From Alphaproteobacteria bacterium (lineage in GTDB: Bacteria > Pseudomonadota > Alphaproteobacteria > Bin95): a stretch of 64,000 bases of DNA. Numbering within the stretch: the stretch's first letter is position 1; the number at the start of each line of letters is the position of its first letter. The DNA lies in contig CBDBGH010000003.1 of assembly GCA_965205265.1 (NCBI GenBank), positions 5,312,001 through 5,376,000 of the forward strand, written 5' to 3'. Below the pieces are notes generated by a model. It made no database searches, had not been told where the DNA came from, and saw nothing but the letters and a program-made list of their open reading frames with translations. The position numbers and the translations under genes were made by a program. This document shows, one piece after another, positions 51,855 through 60,708 of this stretch.

Positions 51855-54800
51855 TCATGCGGCGAGCGGCCAGCGCTGGAGGATGCGGTCGAGGGTGTCC
51901 GCCTTCGGCGCGAAGATGCGCGCGCGGAAGGAGACGATCTCGACGGTGCAGCCGAAGCGCTTGAGCGCGTCCATGTCGGTGTCGGCCGGCCCCTCGACCT
52001 CGATGCGGTCGGCGCCCATGATCCTCCGGCGGGCGAGCCGCCAACCATTGGCGAGGGCGAGGGCGTTGCCGCGTCCCATGACCGCCTCGAAGGCTTCGGC
52101 GCCGGTCATGGCGGGACCGCCGCCGAGGCCGAAGCTCAGCCGCACGGCGCGGACCTGTTCGGCGTCGAGCACGCGGCCGATGATGGCCGCGCCGCAGTCG
52201 GCGGTGAGCCGGCGCACGCGCATGTTGTCGGCCGGCAGGCGGTCCCAGACCGGCAGCAGCAGGCCGGTGGCGAGCCAGAAGCGCGAGTCCCGGTGCGACG
52301 GCAGGCCGGCGATCTCGGCGTCCCACACAGCGCGCCACCTGGCCTCGTCGGCGCGGCGCCAACGGGAGGCGTCGAGTTCGGCCCGGGCCATGGTCTCAGC
52401 TGCGGCGGGCCGGATCAGGCGGACCCGTTCCTGGACGCCGCCGTCGTCGAACAGGCGCGAGGGCGCCGGCAGGAGGACGGCGGCGCGCCCGGAGCGGGCA
52501 TTGACGGCGAGGCGCGGCTTCCCGTCGGGGCCGGGATCGCGTTCGCCGATCTCCAGCGCGGCCTCGGCGGCGAGCGGCGCCAGCCGGTCGCAACGGACGA
52601 TCTCGACGAGTTCGGTCGCCGCGCCGGCGCCGGGATGCGCGTGGAGGGTCTCGCGCCCGGCGACGATGAGCGAATCGGCGGTGACGGTCTCGACGCCGAC
52701 CTCATGGGTGCCGGCCTCGATGGCCTGCTCGATGTTGGCGGCGATGCGGTCCTCCAGTTCGGCGAAGAGCCGGTTCTGCTCGGCGATGGGAAGCGCCAGG
52801 AGGCGGTTGAGGAACTTGGGCATGGGCGGCAGGTCGTCCCTGAGACCGCCCTCCCAGGTGAGCTTGAGGCCTGTGGCGGTCTCGAAGCGCTCCAGGGTCC
52901 AGTCCTCGATGGAGCCGCGCCAGAGCGCGCCGTAGAACTGGCGCAGCGCGGCCCTTGCGTAAACGCTCTCCAGGTTGTCGCTCTCGCGGAAGAGCGCCGC
53001 GTCCTTGCCGCCCATGGCGGTCTGGGAATCCCGCTGTCCGCGCGTGATGGCGCCGAGGCTGTCGAGACGCCGCGCGATGGTGGCGATGAAGCGGCGCTCG
53101 CCCTTGACGTCGGTGGCGACGGGGCGGAACAGCGGGGCCGAGGCCTGATGCGTCCTGTGGGTGCGGCCCAACCCCTGGATCGCCTGGTCGGCGCGCCAGC
53201 CGGGCTCCAGCAGGTAGTGGATGCGCCGCTCGGTATTCCCGCGGGAAAGATCGGCGTGGTAGCTGCGGCCGGTGCCGCCGGCCATGGAGAAGACCAGGAT
53301 GCGCTTGGTCCCGTCCATGAAGGCGGCGGTCTCGGCGAGGTTGGCGGAGGCCGGCCGCGAGCGCAGCGCCAGCCGCTCGCCCCGGGCGTCCGTGATTCTG
53401 AGCACGCGGCGCGACCGGCCGGTGACCTCGGCGACCTGCTCGTGCCCGAAGTGCTGCACGATCCGGTCGAGGGCCGTGGGCACCGGCGGCAGGGCGGCCA
53501 GCTTCCCGATCAGCGCGTCGCGCCGTTCTTCCGCCTCCTTGCAGATCACCGGGTTGCCGTCCTCGTCCATGGCAGGCCGGCTGAGGAGATTGCCGCCGTC
53601 GTCGGTGAACGGCTCCTGCAACTGCACCGGGAAGGCGTGCATCAGGTAGGCGAGGATCGCGTCCCGGGGCGTGAGATCGATGTTGAGGTCGTCCCACTCG
53701 GATGCGGGGACCTCGGCGATGCGCCGTTCCATCAGGGCCTCGCCGGTCGAGACCAGCTGCACGACCGCCGACCTGCCGGCGTCGAGGTCGGCCTCGACGG
53801 CGCGGATCAGGGAGGGGCACTTCATGCCGGTCAGCAGATGGCCGAAGAAGCGCTGCCTGGTGGCCTCGAAGGCGCCGAGCGCCGCCGACCTGGCGTTGCG
53901 GTTGAGCGTGTCGGCGCCCTGGACGATGCCGGTGGCCTTCAGCGCCTCCTCGATGTTGGCGTGGATCACCTTGAACGCCCCGGCATAGGCGTCCCAGATG
54001 CGCCGCTGCTCGGGCGTGAGGAGATGCTCCAGGATGTCGACCTCGATGCCGTCCCAGGCGAGCGCGCGGGCCTGGTAGAGACCGAGCGCCTTCAGGTCCC
54101 TCGCGACGACCTCCATCGCGGCGACGCCGCCGGCCTCCATGGCGGCGACGAAGGCGGCGCGGCTCTCGAAGGGCGTCTCGCCGGCGGCCCAGAGGCCCAG
54201 GCGTCCGGCATAGGCGAGGCCCGGCACGGTGGTGGCGCCGGTGGCCGAGACATAGGCGATGCGGGCATCCGGCAGCGCGTTCTGCAACCGCAGCCCGGCG
54301 CGGCCCTGCTGGGACGGCTTGGTCTCGCCGCGCTCGGACTTCGAGCCGGCGGCGTTGGCCATGGCGTGGGCCTCGTCGAACACCACGACCCCGTCGAATC
54401 CGTGGCGGTCCGCCTCGTCCAGCGAGCCGGCGAGCCATGCGACGATCTGGTCGAGCCGCGAGGGCTTCCCCTGGCGGGACGGCGAGCGCAGCGTGGCGTA
54501 GGTCGCGAACAGGATGCCGGCATCGAGGGGGATCTCCATGCCCTGCCGGAACCTGCCGAGCGGGATGACGTCGCTCTCCAGCCCGCCCAATGCGGTCCAG
54601 TCGCGGCGCGCGTCCTCCAGCAGCTTGTCGGACTGCGACAGCCAGAGGGCGCGCTTTCTGCCGCGCAGGCGGTTGTCGAGGATGACGGCGGCGACCTGGC
54701 GGCCCTTGCCGCAGCCGGTGCCGTCGCCCAGCATCCAGCCCCGGCGGAAGCGCACCGGCGCCGACAGGGGCTCGCCCCCGGAACCAGTCCGGGGCAGGCT

Positions 54801-56366
54801 CTCGGACGTAACGAAGGACGCGCAGGCCTCTTCCGCGTCCTTGCCGCCGTCCTCGCGGCAGCGGTGGACGGTCTCCCAGCCCGAGCCGATGCGGTAGTCC
54901 GCCGCCAGATGCCGGGCATGGGCCTCGCCGGCCAGCACGACGCTCTCCAGCTGGGCGTCGGACAGCAGGCCCTCCACCACGACGCGTTCGGGCAGCATGG
55001 GCCTGTAGGCCGGCGCGGGATGCGGCACGGCGGCCATGGCGGCGGACTGGACCAGCGGCGTCGGATGCGCGACCGCGCCGGGCACGCGCACGACACCCGG
55101 CCGCCACGGGGCCCAGGGGCCGGCGTCGTTTGCAGGGGCGTCGGCGGCAGGTTCCACCGGATCGGTCTCGACGGCGAGTTCGGAGACCGGCCCCCAGTCG
55201 TGGGACTGCCGCGTCTCGGGTGTCGATGCGGGCTTCGGACCCCGGCGCGTGGCGGGCTTCGCCACTGCCGGCTTGCCGAACAGGTCGCGGGCGGGACAGG
55301 CGGGAACCGGCGGCGGCGCCATGTACAGACGCGACGGCACGCCCGCGATGACGGCGTCGAGCAGTTCGGCGGCGTTGGCGGCGCGGGCGGTTCCGTCGAG
55401 GTGGATGGCCGGTCCGGCGCCGCGCTCCAGCACGCTGAGGCGGGTGTCGAACCCGGTGCCCCGCCGGGCATAGGCGCGGCCGTCGATGGCCATGGTGAAG
55501 ATGCAGCGCGCCGGGGGATCGAGCCGGCCGACGGCGTCGCCGAGGACGCAACGGGCCGAGGTGATGGCGACCAGCCGCCCGCCCGGCGGCAGCATCGAGG
55601 CGGCGGAGCGGACATGGCGGAGGTCGGCGCCGTGGTTGATCCGCGCCACCCCCGGCGTGGCCGAGAACGGCGGGTTCATCAGCACCACGGTCGGCCGGAC
55701 GCCGCGCAGCCGGTCAGCGATGGCCTCGGCGTTGAAGGCGGTCACCGGGGCGTGCGGAAACAGCCCGGCCAGCAGCCTGGCGCGGGTCGCGGCCACCTCG
55801 TTGAGATGGAGCGCGCCCGCCGCCCGGCCGCGCAGCGCGCATTCCGCCATCACCGCCAGCATGCCGGTGCCGGCGCTGGGTTCCAGCACCACATCGCCCG
55901 GCCCGACGGCGGCGGCCTGGAGCACGGCCCAGGCCAGCGGCAGCGGGGTCGAGAACTGCTGGAGCCGGACCTGTTCCTCGGAACGCCTGGTGTGCGAGGG
56001 CTCCAGTGCCGCGACCGCCTCCAGCATCGCCAGCATGCGGTGGGGTCCGTCCGGTCCCGGGCCGGCATGGCGGCGCATGGCGCGGCCGTGGCGCCGGAGG
56101 AACAGCACGACGGCCGCCTCGGCGGCCTCCCAGGCGTCCTTCCACACCCAGCCGCCGGCGGCGTCGGTCGCGCCGAAGGCGGCCGTCATGGTCTCGCGCA
56201 GGGTCGCGGCGTCGAGGGGCGTGCCGGCCTCCAGCACCGGCAGCAGGGCCTGGGCCGCGGCGAGGGTCGCGTCGCCCCGGACCGGGCGGGCGGCGGGACG
56301 ATCAATGGGGTTGGCGGCAAGGGGCGGACGCGCGAGGGCGTCCGGCGCCGGGCGGGCGTCGAGCAT
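51855..56366 (-). CDS. strawberry-notch family methyltransferase/SF2 helicase fusion (~1503 aa)
   Basis: QQFSTP, VLEPSAGTG, MNPPFS; GDGTGCGKG, FDEAH, VSATG, QGLGRTHR. Confidence 0.93.
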   Translation of the reverse strand: MLDARPAPDALARPPLAANPIDRPAARPVRGDATLAAAQALLPVLEAGTPLDAATLRETMTAAFGATDAAGGWVWKDAWEAAEAAVVLFLRRHGRAMRRHAGPGPDGPHRMLAMLEAVAALEPSHTRRSEEQVRLQQFSTPLPLAWAVLQAAAVGPGDVVLEPSAGTGMLAVMAECALRGRAAGALHLNEVAATRARLLAGLFPHAPVTAFNAEAIADRLRGVRPTVVLMNPPFSATPGVARINHGADLRHVRSAASMLPPGGRLVAITSARCVLGDAVGRLDPPARCIFTMAIDGRAYARRGTGFDTRLSVLERGAGPAIHLDGTARAANAAELLDAVIAGVPSRLYMAPPPVPACPARDLFGKPAVAKPATRRGPKPASTPETRQSHDWGPVSELAVETDPVEPAADAPANDAGPWAPWRPGVVRVPGAVAHPTPLVQSAAMAAVPHPAPAYRPMLPERVVVEGLLSDAQLESVVLAGEAHARHLAADYRIGSGWETVHRCREDGGKDAEEACASFVTSESLPRTGSGGEPLSAPVRFRRGWMLGDGTGCGKGRQVAAVILDNRLRGRKRALWLSQSDKLLEDARRDWTALGGLESDVIPLGRFRQGMEIPLDAGILFATYATLRSPSRQGKPSRLDQIVAWLAGSLDEADRHGFDGVVVFDEAHAMANAAGSKSERGETKPSQQGRAGLRLQNALPDARIAYVSATGATTVPGLAYAGRLGLWAAGETPFESRAAFVAAMEAGGVAAMEVVARDLKALGLYQARALAWDGIEVDILEHLLTPEQRRIWDAYAGAFKVIHANIEEALKATGIVQGADTLNRNARSAALGAFEATRQRFFGHLLTGMKCPSLIRAVEADLDAGRSAVVQLVSTGEALMERRIAEVPASEWDDLNIDLTPRDAILAYLMHAFPVQLQEPFTDDGGNLLSRPAMDEDGNPVICKEAEERRDALIGKLAALPPVPTALDRIVQHFGHEQVAEVTGRSRRVLRITDARGERLALRSRPASANLAETAAFMDGTKRILVFSMAGGTGRSYHADLSRGNTERRIHYLLEPGWRADQAIQGLGRTHRTHQASAPLFRPVATDVKGERRFIATIARRLDSLGAITRGQRDSQTAMGGKDAALFRESDNLESVYARAALRQFYGALWRGSIEDWTLERFETATGLKLTWEGGLRDDLPPMPKFLNRLLALPIAEQNRLFAELEDRIAANIEQAIEAGTHEVGVETVTADSLIVAGRETLHAHPGAGAATELVEIVRCDRLAPLAAEAALEIGERDPGPDGKPRLAVNARSGRAAVLLPAPSRLFDDGGVQERVRLIRPAAAETMARAELDASRWRRADEARWRAVWDAEIAGLPSHRDSRFWLATGLLLPVWDRLPADNMRVRRLTADCGAAIIGRVLDAEQVRAVRLSFGLGGGPAMTGAEAFEAVMGRGNALALANGWRLARRRIMGADRIEVEGPADTDMDALKRFGCTVEIVSFRARIFAPKADTLDRILQRWPLAA

Positions 56367-56866
56367 GGCAGGCTCCGTGCTGGAAGGACATCGACGGGCC
56401 CCGGGTCGCACCGGGGCAGGCGGCCGGCGCGGGACAGGACTCGCGCCCCGCCCCGCCGGACCGCCCCCGGCCGGCTGGCCGGACTCCCGGCGGCGAGACG
56501 CACGAAGATGTGAGGGTGGAAGCAGCGAGTCGCCGAAACGGCGGGCGGTCGGCACGGGCAGCGACAGGGAATCGCCGAGGGCGCTCGGACTGGAGGGGGT
56601 GGAATCCGTCGTCCGTGCCGAAAGCGGCCGCGGCACAACCGGCGGCGGCCGATACCCTGACAATGTTCTTGTGCGTCCGCTCAACCGATGAGCGGGAACA
56701 TCAACCGTTCGCCTCCGCGATGGATGACTTGGAGTTCACGATCGGGATGGCGCTGCGCGAGACGAGCAAGCCATGGCCGAAGAGAGCCTGCGGGATGCGC
56801 CGCTTCCGGACGTCGCTGGGGCGCGGTCCGATGTCGGCGCCCGGCCGAGGAAGCAGAGAGACTTCG

Positions 56867-57895
56867 CTAATCCGTCCCGGTCGGTCCGGTCCCGGCGGTA
56901 TCGGTCGCCGCCAGACGCCGGGTGAGTTTCTTCTTGATGAGCGTGTCGTCGCGCCTGAGGGCGCGCTGCGCCGCGTGCAGCAGTTCCGGTTCGGGAGAGC
57001 CGCTTCTCGGCGCATGCATGCGCGGCAGCAGGGTGGCGAGGGCGTAGCCGACGCCGCCCATATGCCTGTAGGCGGGCCCGGCGACGGAGGCGACTTCGGC
57101 GATGCGTACGGTGATATCGACCGCGCGGGCACGGATGTCGCACAGGCGCTTGATGTCAACGTTCCGTTCGAACCCGGCGGGGAGGTCTTCGTGGCTGTAA
57201 ACGTAGTCAAGGCAGGCGGATCCGTCTTCGGCGACACTGAGCCAGGCGCCGTGGCAGAGTGCATTGCGCCAGGGCCTGATCTCGTCGAGGCGGGCCACGA
57301 GTTCCTTGCGAACGGCGCGGGGGACCAGGCCGGCTTCTTTCAGGACACGGTCGAGTTCACGCGTCAGGCGGTGCAGGGTGTCGGTCCGGGAGGCCAGGAG
57401 CCGCCTGGTCCACCGGCGCATGGCCTCCTGGTCCTTCGATTCCAGAAGCGCGGTGGCCCGCTCGCCGGTTGCGAGGAGTGCGTGGCAGGTGGAGGCCAGC
57501 ATGTGTTCCAGGTATCCGAAAGCCGCGACCGTCTTGCCGAGTTCCTGCCAGAAGACGGCGGATCCCTGGTTCACCGGCCAGTCGGACGGCAAGGCGTCGC
57601 GGTCGATGGGGAGACAGCGGCGCAAGCGTTCGCGGGCCTCGCGGATCGCGTCGGCGTCGCGGGATGCCGCGAGGCGGCGGATGAACCATGCGCCGTTCTT
57701 GCGGTCCGGACGCTGTTGCTGGCCTGCGATGCGTCCGGCGCGCAGCAGATTGCGCAGCGGCAGGCCGTTCTTGCGGTCTGGCAGCAGGCCTGCCTCGTCG
57801 AGCCAACGCGCGGCCTCGACGGCGCGGACTTCCTCGCGCCCGGCCCGTTCGAGCCGCTCCTGAAGATGAAGATTGATGGCGTGGAGATCGAGCAT
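56867..57895 (-). CDS. hypothetical protein with possible HEPN-like C-terminal domain
   Basis: ELGKTVAAFGYLE helix and RNALCHG (RxxxxH) motif. Confidence 0.6.
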   Translation of the reverse strand: MLDLHAINLHLQERLERAGREEVRAVEAARWLDEAGLLPDRKNGLPLRNLLRAGRIAGQQQRPDRKNGAWFIRRLAASRDADAIREARERLRRCLPIDRDALPSDWPVNQGSAVFWQELGKTVAAFGYLEHMLASTCHALLATGERATALLESKDQEAMRRWTRRLLASRTDTLHRLTRELDRVLKEAGLVPRAVRKELVARLDEIRPWRNALCHGAWLSVAEDGSACLDYVYSHEDLPAGFERNVDIKRLCDIRARAVDITVRIAEVASVAGPAYRHMGGVGYALATLLPRMHAPRSGSPEPELLHAAQRALRRDDTLIKKKLTRRLAATDTAGTGPTGTD

Positions 57896-57991
57896 GAAGC
57901 ACTCTGTTTGGATGGCAGCGCGGAGGAAGGATTGCCGGGCGGTGCAGGCCTCGTCAATGGTGGGAAGGACGGGTCGAAATGATCGGCGAGG

Positions 57992-58636
57992 TCAGCCGAA
58001 TCTGCGACCGTCCGCGGTGAAGCTGAACGCATTGGCCGCGAGCGCCTCGTCGACGGCCTCGTCGGAGGTCATGTATTCGAATTCGGCGCGGAGTTGACGG
58101 TAGAGCCAGCGGGCGAGGTCGCGCAGCGCCCCGGTGACGGCGTCCTCGGCGCCATCGGTGGGAGGCTGTCCGGTGGGGCTGTCGCGCTCGACCTCGACCG
58201 CCATGGCGTATTCGTGGCAATGGCGGCCCCGCTGGCGGACGGTGGCATGAAGCTGGAAGAAGTTCCGCCTCTGGATGTCGCGCAGGGCATCGGCGATCCG
58301 GTGCAGTTCCTCGTCCGTCGGAGCGTGGGCGCGAATGGCCTTGCCCGCGCCCCCGGCGTGGCTGTAGGTGCCTTCGTAACTGGCGCCGTCGCCCTGCGCG
58401 AAGGCGAGCTGGAAGAAGATGCGGGGGCTGTCGCGGGTTCCGCCGCCATGGAGGGGCACGGGCGTGGTGGCGAGGGTGACGCCGAGGAGCCCGCAGACCG
58501 TCTCGAAGTCTTCGCAGACGGCGTCGTGCCAGTCGTTGTGCAGGCCTGCCTGGCGATACCAGCTTCGGGCGGCCTCCTTTGCTGCGCCGGACAGTTCGTC
58601 GATGTCGTAGACCGTGGTCTCGATGATCCTGGGCAT
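57992..58636 (-). CDS. conserved plasmid protein (often annotated 'antitoxin of toxin-antitoxin stability system')
   Basis: ETTVYDIDELS..AKEAAR.WYR, QGDGAS, LARWLYRQL..E.EY. Confidence 0.8.
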   Translation of the reverse strand: MPRIIETTVYDIDELSGAAKEAARSWYRQAGLHNDWHDAVCEDFETVCGLLGVTLATTPVPLHGGGTRDSPRIFFQLAFAQGDGASYEGTYSHAGGAGKAIRAHAPTDEELHRIADALRDIQRRNFFQLHATVRQRGRHCHEYAMAVEVERDSPTGQPPTDGAEDAVTGALRDLARWLYRQLRAEFEYMTSDEAVDEALAANAFSFTADGRRFG

Positions 58637-58639
58637 GGG

Positions 58640-59056
58640 TCAGCCCTCCCGCTGCCTGGAGACCGGCGCGAAGCGGACGGCTTCCGCGATGCGCCGGAGT
58701 GCAACGCGGGCGTGGTCCGGGTTGTCCCGGGACCACGGCGCCGGCCGGCGCGAAAAGAACCAGGCGGAATCCGCCACGAGCCCATCGCCATACGCGACGA
58801 CGTGACCGCTCGTCGCGATCGCCCAGGCGCCCGGGGGCGCGGCGTCGAGGAAGGTTCCGAGGGTGACGGCGCGGACCTCGAACGGGACATCCGCGAAGAG
58901 GCGTTTCCGGATCTCATCGCGGGCATGGGGGCGGTCGCGAAGCGTGGGATGACGCAGCGCCTGGACAGGCGCCCGGCCGAGTTCGGCAAGCGCGGCGGCG
59001 AGTTCGTCCATGTGGACGCCGTTGACCGCACGGCGGCCGGTGATGCGGTGCAGCAT
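58640..59056 (-). CDS. hypothetical protein
   Basis: GGAG RBS, co-oriented, tight spacing. Confidence 0.55.
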   Translation of the reverse strand: MLHRITGRRAVNGVHMDELAAALAELGRAPVQALRHPTLRDRPHARDEIRKRLFADVPFEVRAVTLGTFLDAAPPGAWAIATSGHVVAYGDGLVADSAWFFSRRPAPWSRDNPDHARVALRRIAEAVRFAPVSRQREG

Positions 59057-59114
59057 GACGGCTCCTTCGGGCGCTGGAGGATGCGGGGACAGGCGCCGAG
59101 GCGTTGCGGGACGG

Positions 59115-59360
59115 TCAGTCCTTCTTCTGCAGCGCTTCGTAACGGGCGGCCTCGCTTCGGGCGTAGACTTCGGGGGCATGGTGCTTGAGCGCGCGTTCGT
59201 AGCCGGAGAGCCAGGCTTCGACTTCGCGCCATGACGGGAACTGCTTCTGGTATGCGCCGTCCTTCAGGATCTGCGCGACATGGGGGTCGGGCACCCAGCC
59301 GAGGTCGAGCCCCACCTTCCGGAAGCACTGCCTGAGGTATTCCTTTCCGGCCCTGGTCAT
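59115..59360 (-). CDS. hypothetical protein
   Basis: GGAGG RBS before ATG at 59360. Confidence 0.6.
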   Translation of the reverse strand: MTRAGKEYLRQCFRKVGLDLGWVPDPHVAQILKDGAYQKQFPSWREVEAWLSGYERALKHHAPEVYARSEAARYEALQKKD

Positions 59361-59446
59361 GGGTTCCTCCCTGTCAGTTCGCGTCTTCGATCGCACGCCG
59401 GTCGATCGCCGGGTTCACGCCGGCTGCGGATCGCGGCGCGGGCGGT

Positions 59447-59863
59447 TCAGTCGTCCTCGGGAAACATGATGGTGGCGACCGCCTCACCTTCGTCGCCGGG
59501 GCCGAGGACCACGACGGGAAAGTGCCGGCGGGGCGGGCGGCTGCTGTCGCGCAGGTCCTCGGCGATGTCGCGCACGGACACGCACATCCTCACGCGGTCG
59601 CTGCCGGGTGCGCCGAGCGCGTGATGGCGCGCCATCCAGAGCACGTCCCACAGCCGTCCGGCCTCGTCCTGAACGCCGCGGTAGCCCTCGGGCAGGGCGA
59701 CCAGCCGGTCCCACACGCTGCGGCTGAGCGCGACGGGGATGCGGAAGCCGGCCTCGCGGGCGGTGCCGGTGACGTCGACGAGCACGCCGTCCGCGATCGC
59801 CTGGCGGCGGGTATAAGAGAAGACGACCGGGCCGAACGGCGCGGCGGTGGAGATGTCGGGCAT
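59447..59863 (-). CDS. DUF6573-like protein
   Basis: YTRRQAIADGVLVDV, QDEAGRLWDVLWM, GPGD.GE..TIMFPED. Confidence 0.82.
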   Translation of the reverse strand: MPDISTAAPFGPVVFSYTRRQAIADGVLVDVTGTAREAGFRIPVALSRSVWDRLVALPEGYRGVQDEAGRLWDVLWMARHHALGAPGSDRVRMCVSVRDIAEDLRDSSRPPRRHFPVVVLGPGDEGEAVATIMFPEDD

Positions 59864-59881
59864 GGCGGTGTCCTTGTCGTG

Positions 59882-60640
59882 TCAAGAGGCGGTGGTCGCC
59901 CGGGCCGGGGCGGCCGTTCGGAGCAGGCCCTGCTGGCTGAAGCTGAAGGCGGCGGCGGGGGTGACGATCACATGGTCGAGCAGTGTGACCTCGATCGTCT
60001 TCAGCGCGTCCTCGATGCGTCGCGTCATGACGAGGTCGGCACGGGACGGATCGGGAGCGCCGGAAGGGTGCGGGTGGAGGACAACGACCGCGCTGGCCTG
60101 CAGTTCGAGGCAGCGGATGCAGATCTCTCTCGGATAGACCGGCGCGTGGCCGACGGAGCCTCTCTGGACGCATTCGTCGGCGATGAGACGGTTCCGGCAG
60201 TCGAGGTAGAGGACATGGAACTCCTCGACCTCACGGTGGCCGGCGAGGGCGCGGCAATAGTCGACCACCTTGCCGTAGCTGCCGAGGGAGGGGCGGACCC
60301 GGGGCGGAACCTCCGCCCGCGCCATGCGGATGCCGAGGGCCTCGGCGGCCTTGAGGGCGGCGATGGCGTCGTCCGGCAGGCCGGGCACGGTGCGCAGCCG
60401 GTCGGCCCGGGCGGCGAGGACGCGCGGGGCCGTGCCGAAGATGTCGAGCAGGGTTGCGGCAAGGGCGCCGTCCGCCGACGGGCGGCCGGCGAGGAGCAGT
60501 TCCAGCAGGTCGCGGTCGTCGACGGCCTCGCGTCCGGCGCGCAGGAAGCGGCGCCGGAGCCGGCGGTCCGCGGCCGGCCGGACCGATGCGGGCACGCCGC
60601 AGCGCGGCATGTCGTCGAAACCCGTCACGGAATCGGGCAT
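59882..60640 (-). CDS. radC: RadC/JAB-domain protein
   Basis: ELLL, EEFHVLYLD..NRLI, VYPREI, HPHPSG..PSRAD, LLDHVIV. Confidence 0.9.
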   Translation of the reverse strand: MPDSVTGFDDMPRCGVPASVRPAADRRLRRRFLRAGREAVDDRDLLELLLAGRPSADGALAATLLDIFGTAPRVLAARADRLRTVPGLPDDAIAALKAAEALGIRMARAEVPPRVRPSLGSYGKVVDYCRALAGHREVEEFHVLYLDCRNRLIADECVQRGSVGHAPVYPREICIRCLELQASAVVVLHPHPSGAPDPSRADLVMTRRIEDALKTIEVTLLDHVIVTPAAAFSFSQQGLLRTAAPARATTAS

Positions 60641-60708
60641 GGCACTGTTCTCCAGTGAAGCGGAACCGACGCGCCCCGTCCCGGCGAGCGGGACGGAGCC
60701 CGGCCGGA

